A stretch of 64,000 bases of DNA from an uncultured Candidatus Saccharibacteria bacterium (GTDB lineage Bacteria; Patescibacteriota; Minisyncoccia; Phycocordibacterales; Phycocordibacteraceae): assembly GCA_964593365.1 (NCBI GenBank), contig CAZQGQ010000002.1, forward strand, positions 85,671 through 149,670, given 5' to 3'. Positions 8,627 through 17,883 of this stretch are shown here, piece after piece (within the stretch, counting starts at the first letter, position 1; each line of letters begins with the position of its first letter). A model generated the notes under the pieces. The model did no database searches. It was not told the DNA's origin and worked only from the letters and a program-made list of their open reading frames with translations. The translations under genes and the position numbers were made by a program.

Positions 8627-8773
8627 TCAGCTGGTCGCTTGCTGGATGAACCCGTGGCTCATCTGGTAGCGAACGTTGCGCTTACGCTCCCTTCGCTCCC
8701 GACGATTCTTGCGAACCGTTGGAGAAGATTGCCGGTGCTTAATCCGTTTTTTCTTCGCGCTTTTCTTGATCAT
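8627..8773 (-). CDS. Small highly basic protein (48 aa), hypothetical (ribosomal-protein-like composition)
   Basis: MIKKSAKKKRIKHRQSSPTVRKNRRERRERKRNVRYQMSHGFIQQATS. A strong SD GGGAGG sits 6-7 nt upstream, with a promoter just upstream. The longer track ORF 8627..8878 is probably an over-extension. Confidence 0.45.
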   Translation of the reverse strand: MIKKSAKKKRIKHRQSSPTVRKNRRERRERKRNVRYQMSHGFIQQATS

Positions 8774-8822
8774 CACTACCCTCCCGATGAGGCGAGCAAG
8801 GCGGATACACGCCCATATATTG

Positions 8823-8850
8823 ATTGTAGCTAAGGAGAGCTGCCGGTCAA
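8823..8850 (-). promoter_or_regulatory. Sigma70-like promoter TTGACC-N16-TACAAT for the 48-aa basic protein gene
   Basis: Read on the minus strand; it gives a 5' UTR of about 43 nt containing the GGGAGG SD. Confidence 0.5.
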
Positions 8851-8908
8851 AGGAGGGTAATGCAAAACCCGCAGCCACAAGGGCTGCGGGTTTTGGCTGT
8901 CTTTAAAT

Positions 8909-9517
8909 CTAGCGAAGAGCGAAGGTGTCGTCTTCGACCAGGGCACGGAGGTCTTCCTGGGTCTCAGGAATGTCGCTTAGGGCTACCTTTCCGATGACAC
9001 GGACCGAGACTCCGATGCAGACACCAAGGGCAAGGCTCGGGTTGGTCTGGATCCCGTGCACAGGGACGGTATCCGCCTGGTTCAAGAGGACGTCTACCTG
9101 CTGGCGCTTGCGGGAGTGCATGCTGTCCCCGATAACGCGGTAGCCGATCAAGTGCTCAACAGCCCCGAAGCGGCAGTTCTCAGAGTCCACTGACTCTCGG
9201 GTGATAGCGACGATGGTTCCGTACGGAAGGGTCCCGGCAAGGTCAACTGAGCGGGCAGCGATGACTTCCGGGTTTGAACGCGCTCCAGAGGCGGTCAGGT
9301 TCGGATTATGGTCGGTCTGCTCAGGTACGGCGTTATAAGACGTCAGCTTTACGAGCAGTTCCTCCTCGCCTGAGGCGCGGACAACGCTCGTCGGGGTAGC
9401 GACGGCAAGGGTGGTGGTTGCTACCTCGGCTGCTTCGGCAATAGGAGCCGAAACCTCCGGTGCGGGGGTTCCCGCGATAGCAAACAAGCCCACAAGGGCT
9501 ATAGCGATTGCATGCAT
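8909..9517 (-). CDS. 3D-domain protein (MltA/RlpA-like lytic transglycosylase-related), secreted
   Basis: N-terminal signal/TM segment. 3D-domain motifs LTSYNAV, TASGA, LPYGT and IGDSM. Confidence 0.65.
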   Translation of the reverse strand: MHAIAIALVGLFAIAGTPAPEVSAPIAEAAEVATTTLAVATPTSVVRASGEEELLVKLTSYNAVPEQTDHNPNLTASGARSNPEVIAARSVDLAGTLPYGTIVAITRESVDSENCRFGAVEHLIGYRVIGDSMHSRKRQQVDVLLNQADTVPVHGIQTNPSLALGVCIGVSVRVIGKVALSDIPETQEDLRALVEDDTFALR

Positions 9518-9808
9518 AAAGGAAAACCGGCTTTCGCCGGCGATGCATTGATACTAGCAAGGAGAGGCCATTTTGTCAATGCCTATGACATCATTCATAC
9601 ATATGTCAATAGTAGCACTCGCTGTAATACCCTTATTCTAGGCCGTTTGCTGACGACCTCAGGCCCTTAATGAGTATTCCACAGCCAAAAGCCCTGACAG
9701 GTATCCGCTTCACCTAATCTTCCGGGTCCACATGATACAAAAGACCCTAGTCCGGTGCTGCCGGAGCCGTCTTACCCGTCTAAAATAGACCAATGCCCTA
9801 CCCTGGGA

Positions 9809-9832
9809 GGCCCCGCTGCGGCGGGGTTTTTC
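9809..9832 (+). terminator. Orphan intrinsic terminator upstream of the histidine kinase gene
   Basis: Hairpin ccccgc-tgcg-gcgggg followed by TTTTT. I find no ORF above threshold on the plus strand between 9540 and 9800. Confidence 0.5.
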
Positions 9833-9897
9833 GTATATAAGGTTGTAGATTGCCTGAATTGTGCGTTATGGTACACAAACAGCACTCTTAGGCATAT

Positions 9898-11952
9898 ATG
9901 AGACTTTTCGGCATCACGGTCTCGTACCCCCGCACCAAACGCCACTGGCGATCGGGGGCCCTTCTCATGATCGCTTACATAGCGGCTACTCGCATTTCGA
10001 GCGCCCTATTTGCCGCCCCAGCGATCATCTTCCCCGCTTCAGGCATCGCCCTAGGCGGACTTTTTCTTGAAGGCCTTATCCTCTGGCCGTTTGTCTATTT
10101 CGCCTCCCTTATTGGCTACATCTTGAATGGGTCGACCTTGGTCACGATGGCGGTATTGCCAGTTGCTCACACCCTGCAGGCTGTCCTCGGGGCCTGGCTC
10201 TTGCGCAAGCTCAACGTTGATCCGATCTTCCATCGTCTTCGGGACATGTTTGCAGTGCTTGGCACAAGCCTTGTTCTTGCCATTTTTGTTCCCCTTGTTG
10301 GGATGTTTATCCTTGGCCCGTTGAACCAGCACTTCTACGGCATTGCCCCCTCAAGCGTCACGCTGATCTCGTGGTACACGGGCACCTTGTTCTCACTCCT
10401 CTTTTTTGCTCCGTTTGTGATGCGCTGGCTGTCAAAGCCCTACTTCAATCGGTCATGGTCCGAGATTCTTGAGATTGCAGCGGCCTTTGGCCTTCTCGCT
10501 CTTATCAGCGTGCCGCTCTTTTGGGATGGGGTCGTCGCCGTCTTGAATATCTCGCTCGTCTATTTCTTGCTGGTTCCCTTCTTCTGGATGGCTCTTCGCA
10601 TGGGAACGCGCTTCCTGACGCTTGCGCTTGTCTTCCTTGCGGTCGTCGCGATCTCCGGAACCATGTACGGGATGGGGGCTCCAGGTGCAGAGGATCTTGG
10701 AATGCGGCTCTTTCAGGTGCAGATATTCCTAAACATCATCGCTCTCATCTTTTATGTCCTTGTATCCCTTCAAGACGAGCGAACCATGGCTCAGTCGCTT
10801 CTTATATCCCAAGTGCAAAACCTCCGTGGAGCTCTCGATCAGCTCGCGTCTCAAAACCGTGCAAAAACTGAATTCATCGCCATGCTTGCCCACGAGCTTC
10901 GCAATCCACTGGCTCCTATTGCAAGCGGGATAGATTTACTAAAAGCAAAGGTCTCAGGTGAAGACGCTGGGACGCTCGACGTCATGCATAGCCGTATGCA
11001 GACAGTGAAGCGCCTCCTTGATGATCTTCTGGACGTCTCGCGCATAACTGAGCAAAAGCTCTCGCTTCAAAAAGAAACTGTTGATCTCTCAGCGCTTGCC
11101 CGTCACGCCGCTCTCTCCGCAGATCATTACTTTAAAGAACGCGATCAAACGCTTCTACTTAACCTACCTGATACTCCAGTGCTTATTGAGGCTGACCCGG
11201 TGCGCATTGAGCAAGTGCTCACGAACTTGCTCACGAACGCTTCGAAGTTCTCGAACATGGGCGAGGAAGTCTCCCTTACCGTTCGGCAATCAGGCTCTAT
11301 TGCAGAGGTGCTGGTCGTCGATCAGGGCGTTGGCATTGAGAAAGAAATGATCTCGCGCATCTTCGAACCATTCCTTCAAGTTGAGCTGGGACAACGCACC
11401 CGCCAGGGTCTTGGGATAGGACTTGCGCTGGTACGAAATCTCATTGAGATGCACGGAGGAACCGTAAAAGTGCGTAGCGAAGGGAAAGACAAAGGCAGCC
11501 AGTTCAGCGTTCTGCTGCCTTTGTCTACAGGAAAAGCGCCTGAAGCAAAAATCGTTATCCCCTCCCCTATTTCAGGGTCTGATAAAGCGCCGGGGGCCGG
11601 AAAGAAAGTCCTCGTCGTTGATGATAATGATGCTGCGGCCTGGGGTATTGGGAAACTGTTGGAAATCAAAGGGTATGAAATTGAGTACGCCTATGACGCC
11701 GAACAGGTTTTTGCACGGGTTGAGGAGTTCACGCCCGATGCCATTCTCCTCGACATCGGCCTCCCTGATCAAAGCGGGTATGACGTAGCGAAGACCCTAC
11801 GAGCACAAGGATACGCAGGCACGCTTGTGGCCCTCACCGGCTATAGTGAGGATGACGATCTTGATCGCGCGAAGGAAGTGGGCTTTGACCACCATCTCGT
11901 GAAGCCTGTTGGAATTGCAGAGCTTCGCAAGGTGCTTCCTCGCAACTCCTAG
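9898..11952 (+). CDS. Hybrid sensor histidine kinase (multi-TM sensor domain, HisKA, HATPase_c, C-terminal receiver)
   Basis: H-box AMLAHELRNPLAPI, ATPase G-boxes VVDQGVGIEKE and GLGIGLALV, and a receiver domain KVLVVDDNDAAA...LLDIGLPDQSG...KPV. Confidence 0.85.
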   Translation: MRLFGITVSYPRTKRHWRSGALLMIAYIAATRISSALFAAPAIIFPASGIALGGLFLEGLILWPFVYFASLIGYILNGSTLVTMAVLPVAHTLQAVLGAWLLRKLNVDPIFHRLRDMFAVLGTSLVLAIFVPLVGMFILGPLNQHFYGIAPSSVTLISWYTGTLFSLLFFAPFVMRWLSKPYFNRSWSEILEIAAAFGLLALISVPLFWDGVVAVLNISLVYFLLVPFFWMALRMGTRFLTLALVFLAVVAISGTMYGMGAPGAEDLGMRLFQVQIFLNIIALIFYVLVSLQDERTMAQSLLISQVQNLRGALDQLASQNRAKTEFIAMLAHELRNPLAPIASGIDLLKAKVSGEDAGTLDVMHSRMQTVKRLLDDLLDVSRITEQKLSLQKETVDLSALARHAALSADHYFKERDQTLLLNLPDTPVLIEADPVRIEQVLTNLLTNASKFSNMGEEVSLTVRQSGSIAEVLVVDQGVGIEKEMISRIFEPFLQVELGQRTRQGLGIGLALVRNLIEMHGGTVKVRSEGKDKGSQFSVLLPLSTGKAPEAKIVIPSPISGSDKAPGAGKKVLVVDDNDAAAWGIGKLLEIKGYEIEYAYDAEQVFARVEEFTPDAILLDIGLPDQSGYDVAKTLRAQGYAGTLVALTGYSEDDDLDRAKEVGFDHHLVKPVGIAELRKVLPRNS

Positions 11953-11954
11953 GG

Positions 11955-12989
11955 TTACCAGGAGAGCTGGCCTCCGGTCTTGTACTCGGTAACGCGAGTC
12001 TCGAAGAAGTTCTTCTCCTTGTTGAGGTCTACGGCCTCGCTCATCCACGTGAACGGGTTGGCAACCTTAAACTGCTGAGGAAGCCCGACAGACTCGAGGC
12101 GACGATCTGCAATGTGCTCAATGTACTGCTTGAAGCCTGCAGCATTCATACCGAAGATACCGCGCGGGAACACTTCCGTCGCGAATGTGTATTCAAGGAC
12201 AACTGCGCGCTTCACGAGATCAATGATGTGAGCCTGGAAATCAGGAGTCCAGAGTTCCGGCTGCTCCTCCTTGATTGAGTTGATCAAGTTGATACCGAAG
12301 TTAAGATGCTGCGACTCATCGCGCATGATGTACTGGATTTGTTCTGCAGAACCAGTGAGCTTGTTCTGGCGCTGGAAGCCGAACATAACCGCAAACGAGG
12401 AGTAGAAGAAGATGCCTTCAAGAATAAGCGAGAACACGCAGAGGTTCTCGAGGAACTTCTGATCGTTCTCGAACGTACCGGTCTTAAAGTCAGGCGCGAA
12501 GATTCCTTCGTTGAGCGCGAGCACCATGTTGTCTTTGTTGTAGATGGATTCCACCTGACGATACATGTTGAAGATTCTCGATTGGTCCATACCGAGTGAC
12601 TCAACGATGTACTGATACGCGTGCGTGTGAATCGCTTCTTCGTATCCTTGGCGAAGAAGGTACATGCGGCACTCAGGCGACGTGATGTGCTTGTAGAGCG
12701 CGAGCACGACGTTGTTTGCCGCGATGGAGTCAGCGGTCGTGAAGAAACCAAGCACCGTTTCAAAGGCCTGGCGCTCGTCAGCAGAGAGAACATCCTTTGA
12801 TTTCCACTGCTCAATGTCGCGTTGCATTGAAATCTCAGTTGGCAGCCAGTGGTTTGAGTTTCCGGCAAGGTACGCTTCCCATGCGAACGTGTGGCGCATC
12901 GGGTAAAGCTGCATCACATCGGCATCTTTTCCGTTTATGACGCGGCGTGCATTAACATCAACTGGCGTGGCTCCTTTGTTAATTGGCAT
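11955..12989 (-). CDS. nrdB: Ribonucleotide reductase class Ia beta subunit
   Basis: Ferritin-like diiron/tyrosyl-radical motifs (EEAIHTHAYQYI, RDESQHLNFG). ATG at MPINKG with SD AGGAA 8 nt upstream; the track start 13025 is a TTG. Confidence 0.85.
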   Translation of the reverse strand: MPINKGATPVDVNARRVINGKDADVMQLYPMRHTFAWEAYLAGNSNHWLPTEISMQRDIEQWKSKDVLSADERQAFETVLGFFTTADSIAANNVVLALYKHITSPECRMYLLRQGYEEAIHTHAYQYIVESLGMDQSRIFNMYRQVESIYNKDNMVLALNEGIFAPDFKTGTFENDQKFLENLCVFSLILEGIFFYSSFAVMFGFQRQNKLTGSAEQIQYIMRDESQHLNFGINLINSIKEEQPELWTPDFQAHIIDLVKRAVVLEYTFATEVFPRGIFGMNAAGFKQYIEHIADRRLESVGLPQQFKVANPFTWMSEAVDLNKEKNFFETRVTEYKTGGQLSW

Positions 12990-13157
12990 GGTGGATTCCT
13001 GGTTAGTTACTAATTGAGCAGACAAGTGCTCGGCGTTGGTTGGACTCGTATTTTCTCGCGTATAACCGTACGGTGCAAGGTGTGGAGAGCGGATTAAGAC
13101 ACGTCCCTAAAAGCGGGAAAAGGAAAGCCTCTACTAAGACCGTCCTACGGCCTTGTT

Positions 13158-13190
13158 TCAACAAAAAAGCCCCTTTCGGGGCTTTTCGTT
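13158..13190 (-). terminator. Intrinsic terminator between nrdA and nrdB
   Basis: On the minus strand, GAAAAGCCCCGAAAGGGGCUUUUUUGUUG follows directly after the nrdA stop codon. Confidence 0.7.
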
Positions 13191-13191
13191 T

Positions 13192-16047
13192 CTAGCTCTC
13201 GCAGCTCTCGCACACCCCTGACTCCTCCCCTGCGGCCACTCTGGCAAGCTTCGCCTTCCACTCCTCAGGGCTAAAGCCCTCTGGCACTGACGGAGCTGCA
13301 ACTTCAGCCACCGGCGCTGTTTCAATAGACGCCATTGCGGTCGAGACGATAGAGGCGCCACGGGTATGGGTTGCGCCGAACTCTGCGGTTGAGACCGTTG
13401 ATTTCTCTACCTGGGACGCTCCAAGCGTACGGAGGTAATACGTGGTCTTGAGACCCATTTTCCAAGCGAGGAAGTACACGTCGGAAAGATCCTTGCCTGA
13501 CGTACCGTTATAGAAGATGTTCAGGGACTGGGACTGGTCGATCCACTTGCCGCGCTCTGCTGCGGCCTTCACGAGCCAACGTCCATCGATTTCGAACACC
13601 TCCTTATACTTGGCACGAAGCTCAAGCGGGATCTCTTCGATCGTCTGGATGGAGCCGTCTGCGTACTTGATGCGGTTCAGCATGCCTGTGTTCCAAAGGC
13701 CGTTCTTCTTCAAGTCCTCGATGAGGTACTTGTTCACGACGACGAAGTCCCCTTCCTTGTTGCTCTTCACGTAGATGTTCTTGTAGATAGGTTCTACGCA
13801 AGGGATGCAGCCGACTAAGTTTGCCGTTGATGCGGTTGGCGCGATCGCCATCGTGTTTGAGTTACGCATGCCGTACTTGGCAACGTGCTCGCGCACTGGT
13901 GTCCAATCAAGTTTACCTTCGTACTGCAGATCGATCGCTTCACCGCGTTCTTTTGCAAGAAGCTCGATCGTGTCTTGCGGGAAGAGGTTGCGATCCCACT
14001 TGGATCCCTTGTAGGTCTCATATGCACCGCGCTCCTTAGCGAGTTCTGATGATCCGAGAATCGCGTAGTAGGAAACGATCTCCATAGAGTCAGATGCGAA
14101 CTCGACTGCCTCATCAGAATCGAAGTTGATGCCGAGCATGTACAAGGCATCATGGTAGCCGCGAACGCCAAGCCCAACCGGACGATGTCGCATGTTCGAG
14201 CGACGAGCGTCTTCGGTCGGATAGTAGTTCAGGTCGATAACGTTATCGAGCATGCGCATGCCGGTTCGGATCACGCGGCCCATGAGTTCCTGATCGAGCT
14301 TTCCGTTTGCTACGAAACGCGCGAAGTTGATCGAGCCTAGGTTACATACCGCAGTCTCGTCAGCGCTCGTGTTCAGCGTAATCTCTGTGCAGAGGTTTGA
14401 GTTGTGCACGACGCCCACATGGTCTTGCGGCGAACGGACGTTCGACGGATCCTTCCAGGTGATCCACGGATGTCCCGTTTCAAAGAGCATTGCGAGCATC
14501 TTCTTCCAAAGATCTCCCGCTGGAATTCGCTTCCACAGCTTGATCTCACCGCGGTCTGCCATTGCTTCGTACTGTGCGTACTTATTTTCAAATGCTGCGC
14601 CATACAGGTCATGGAGATCAGGGACGTCAGATGGCGTGAACAAGGTCCAGTCTCCCCCGTCGCGAACGCGCTTCATGAATAGGTCTGGGATCCAGTTTGC
14701 CGTGTTGATGTCGTGGGTGCGGCGTCGCTCATCTCCCGTGTTCTTACGAAGCTCAAGGAAGTCCTCGATATCAAGGTGCCAGGTCTCAAGGTAGACGCAG
14801 CCTGCGCCTCGGCGCTTGCCGGAGCGGTTAATGGCGAGGTTGACGTCGTTAGCGATCTTTAGGAACGGCACGATGCCCTGAGAACCTACTCCTGTGCCCT
14901 TAATAAAGGTTCCTGTGGCTCGAACTGGGGTCCAGTCGGTTCCTGTGCCTCCTGACCACTTAAGGTACTGGGCATTGTCTGAGAAGGACTTGAAGATTGC
15001 CCCAAGATCGTCTGGGACGGTGTTGAGGAAGCAGTTTGAGAGCTGCGCCTTCAACGCTCCTGACTGGAAGAGGGTGCGGCCTCCAGGCGTGTAATAGAAG
15101 CCTGAGAGAACGTCGTAGAACTCAAGCACGCTTGCCTCTCGAGTCGCTTCAGACTCGTTCAAGGCGAGGCCCATGGCAATGCGCATCCAGAGCATCTGCG
15201 GAGTCTCAAGCTGCTTCTTGGTGTCCTTATCCTCCATGCAGTAACGAGACGAGAGAATCTCAAGACCCATGTACTCAAACAAGTGTTCGTTCTCAAGCTT
15301 CATCGCGCGAGCAAGCTTCTCAAGATCGTACTCACCCATTCGTGGGTCCAGCATCTCGTCTGCGATCATCTTGTGAATATTTCGCGCGAAGATCGTTGCG
15401 TGCGCGTCTTGGAGATTCTGATTCTTGAAGTCAACACCGAATACATCGCGGTACATCTTGTCGAGCAAGAGACGAGCAGCGAGTTTCGAGTACGCGATGT
15501 CGCGTTCGATCATCGAGCGCACCACCATGATGGTTGCGCGCATGATGTCATCGGTCGTGATGCCTTCGTAAAGCTCGTACTTCAATTGCGTGACGATCGA
15601 ATCAACATCAATGAAGCCATCGACGCCGACTGCATCCTTTATGAAATTAACAAGCGTGGTGCGAACCTCCTCTTCTGAAAACGGCTCCGACTTTCCGGAG
15701 CGCGTGCGTACGTTCAGTGTCTGCTCTTCAATCTTCTCGAGTGTCTCCTGCTTCTTCTCTTCGCGAATCTTCGTGTGCTCAAAGCGATAGACGATGTAGT
15801 GCTTAGCGACGGAGTGGTAGCCACCGCGCATGAGGATCATTTCAACGCGATCCTGCACGTTTTCAACTGACGGAGTTGCTTCTGGAAAGGCTTTCTCGAC
15901 TTCATCGACAACCGTAAAGGTCATTTCGCGAAGCGTGTCTTCGGTAACCGGCACATTCATCGCGAGAAACGCATTGCGTATCGCGTTGGTGATCTTCACT
16001 GCATCGAATTCGACGACTGAACCGTTCCTTTTTTTGATGTTTCTCAT
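13192..16047 (-). CDS. nrdA: Ribonucleotide reductase class Ia alpha subunit with N-terminal ATP-cone
   Basis: 951 aa. The ATP-cone is MRNIKKRNGSVVEFDAVKI. The large catalytic barrel is present, and the C-terminal redox Cys pair is ...GVCESCES. Confidence 0.9.
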   Translation of the reverse strand: MRNIKKRNGSVVEFDAVKITNAIRNAFLAMNVPVTEDTLREMTFTVVDEVEKAFPEATPSVENVQDRVEMILMRGGYHSVAKHYIVYRFEHTKIREEKKQETLEKIEEQTLNVRTRSGKSEPFSEEEVRTTLVNFIKDAVGVDGFIDVDSIVTQLKYELYEGITTDDIMRATIMVVRSMIERDIAYSKLAARLLLDKMYRDVFGVDFKNQNLQDAHATIFARNIHKMIADEMLDPRMGEYDLEKLARAMKLENEHLFEYMGLEILSSRYCMEDKDTKKQLETPQMLWMRIAMGLALNESEATREASVLEFYDVLSGFYYTPGGRTLFQSGALKAQLSNCFLNTVPDDLGAIFKSFSDNAQYLKWSGGTGTDWTPVRATGTFIKGTGVGSQGIVPFLKIANDVNLAINRSGKRRGAGCVYLETWHLDIEDFLELRKNTGDERRRTHDINTANWIPDLFMKRVRDGGDWTLFTPSDVPDLHDLYGAAFENKYAQYEAMADRGEIKLWKRIPAGDLWKKMLAMLFETGHPWITWKDPSNVRSPQDHVGVVHNSNLCTEITLNTSADETAVCNLGSINFARFVANGKLDQELMGRVIRTGMRMLDNVIDLNYYPTEDARRSNMRHRPVGLGVRGYHDALYMLGINFDSDEAVEFASDSMEIVSYYAILGSSELAKERGAYETYKGSKWDRNLFPQDTIELLAKERGEAIDLQYEGKLDWTPVREHVAKYGMRNSNTMAIAPTASTANLVGCIPCVEPIYKNIYVKSNKEGDFVVVNKYLIEDLKKNGLWNTGMLNRIKYADGSIQTIEEIPLELRAKYKEVFEIDGRWLVKAAAERGKWIDQSQSLNIFYNGTSGKDLSDVYFLAWKMGLKTTYYLRTLGASQVEKSTVSTAEFGATHTRGASIVSTAMASIETAPVAEVAAPSVPEGFSPEEWKAKLARVAAGEESGVCESCES

Positions 16048-16269
16048 ACCGTCATGGGGCTAGAGGTTTGATAATTCGGCCGAGGACGCAAGCGAGAAAA
16101 GTGACTCTTTGTGTCCGGCCAACTCCTTGCTTGGAGGCTCATGGTACCACGCACCGTTCTTCCAAAAACCCTGTGGACATCGCTCATCGACACGAAATTC
16201 ACGCTCTTTCAAGAGCTCCTCTGAAAACGCTAATGATACGGGGCCTGTAGTAGCCCTTTGATGAAGCAA

Positions 16270-17040
16270 TTAGCTTTTGAAGCCTGCGCCGCGGATGAAA
16301 AGCCAGAGCGTGACGGCAAAAAAGAGGATCGTGAGCCCAATAAGGACCGCAAAGCACAAGACGATGTTGATGTCTGAGAATCCGAGGAACCCATACCGGA
16401 AGGCATTCACCATATAAAGGATAGGGTTGAAGAGAGACAGGGTGCGAAACGGCTCAGGGAGCAAGGAGATCGAATAGAAGACGCCGCCAAGGTACGTAAG
16501 CGGAGTCAGCACGAACGTCGGCACGATTGAGATAGCATCGAAGGATTTAGCGAAGAAGCCGTTCACCAGGCCGGCAAACGAAAACAGGAACGAAGTGAGG
16601 AGTGCGGCCGCAAAGATGACCCACGTGTTCGTTATGGGTAGGTCCGTAAACAGGAGCGACGTAACGATAACCAAAAAGCCGACCAGGAATGAGCGCACGA
16701 CGCCTCCTGCGACAAAGCCCGCGACGATAACCCAGCTTGGCATAGGCGACACCAAGAGCTCCTCGATGTTCTTGATGAACTTAGCAAAGTAGAACGTCGA
16801 CACCGTGTTCATATACGCGCTCGTGATAATCGTCATCATTACAAGACCCGGCACGATGAAATCGATATAGGAATGTCCGTTGATCGGATCGAGTTGCGAC
16901 CCGATGAATGTACCGAAGATAACGAAGTAGAGCGCCATCGTGATGATTGGCGGAAGCAAGGTTTGCGACCAGATGCGGAATATGCGAATGACGTCCTTGC
17001 GGACCATCGTGTAAAACCCGATGAGAGCGGCATTTCTCAT
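16270..17040 (-). CDS. ABC-2 family transporter permease
   Basis: 256 aa with six predicted TM helices. It overlaps the upstream ATPase gene by 4 nt. Confidence 0.75.
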   Translation of the reverse strand: MRNAALIGFYTMVRKDVIRIFRIWSQTLLPPIITMALYFVIFGTFIGSQLDPINGHSYIDFIVPGLVMMTIITSAYMNTVSTFYFAKFIKNIEELLVSPMPSWVIVAGFVAGGVVRSFLVGFLVIVTSLLFTDLPITNTWVIFAAALLTSFLFSFAGLVNGFFAKSFDAISIVPTFVLTPLTYLGGVFYSISLLPEPFRTLSLFNPILYMVNAFRYGFLGFSDINIVLCFAVLIGLTILFFAVTLWLFIRGAGFKS

Positions 17041-17831
17041 GGCGTGTTTATTAACTCAAGGAAAATGTCCTCGAGCTTTTTGTTTTCGTGCTTTGCAAGA
17101 AGGTCTTGTGTTTGTTCGTCAGTAACGACGACTCCCTTATTGATGATCGCAAGATGACGCGAGAGCTGCTCCGCTTCTTCAAGGTAGTGGGTCGTAAGGA
17201 CGATAGTCGTCCCTTCCCCGTTGATGCGTCGAAGAAATTCCCACATGCCGCGGCGAAGCTCGACGTCGACTCCTGCCGTTGGCTCATCAAGAAGAATAAT
17301 CTTTGGCTGGTGTATAAGGCCGCGCGCAATCATGAGGCGACGCTTCATTCCTCCCGAGAGCGCCTGCGACTTATCATTTCGCTTTTCCCAGAGCCCAAGA
17401 TCCTTCAAGATGCGCTCAGCAACTGGCATGGCTTCCTTACGCGGGATGCCGTAGTAGCCTGCCTGATCGAGGACGATATCGATCACTTTCTCAAAGATGC
17501 TGAAGTTGAACTCCTGGGGCACCAGACCTATATAGGACTTCACCTTATCCGGATCCTCATCAATACATATACCGTTTACCTTTACCGTTCCCTCGGACTT
17601 CTCAACCAGGCCCGCAAGTACCCCTATAAGGGTTGTTTTACCGGCTCCGTTTGGCCCCAGCAAGGCGAAAAACTCTCCTGCAGGCACCGTTAGGGATACT
17701 CCTTTAAGAGCTTCCGTTGGCGTCGCGCTTTTATCGCTCTTTTTGTAGGTCTTCTTAAGACCGGTGATTTCAAGTGCTGGAGGAACTGACATGTAGCGGG
17801 CAGTATAACATTTGCGTGTATGCAGGGACAT
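17037..17831 (-). CDS. ABC transporter ATP-binding protein
   Basis: Walker A GPNGAGKTT, signature LSGGMKRR, Walker B ILLDEPT. The start may instead be the internal Met at 17792. Confidence 0.85.
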   Translation of the reverse strand: MSLHTRKCYTARYMSVPPALEITGLKKTYKKSDKSATPTEALKGVSLTVPAGEFFALLGPNGAGKTTLIGVLAGLVEKSEGTVKVNGICIDEDPDKVKSYIGLVPQEFNFSIFEKVIDIVLDQAGYYGIPRKEAMPVAERILKDLGLWEKRNDKSQALSGGMKRRLMIARGLIHQPKIILLDEPTAGVDVELRRGMWEFLRRINGEGTTIVLTTHYLEEAEQLSRHLAIINKGVVVTDEQTQDLLAKHENKKLEDIFLELINTP

Positions 17832-17883
17832 TTCCCAATCCTAAGATCACTATGACGCGAGCGTCGAATGTATACTGGAGGTC

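Noticed and set aside
16048-16269. NrdR boxes or a cobalamin riboswitch upstream of nrdA; 69-aa ORF 16060..16269
   Set aside because: No 16-bp NrdR palindromes and no B12-box were found. The ORF is Ser/Leu-rich with no signals, so it is probably just the 5' leader.
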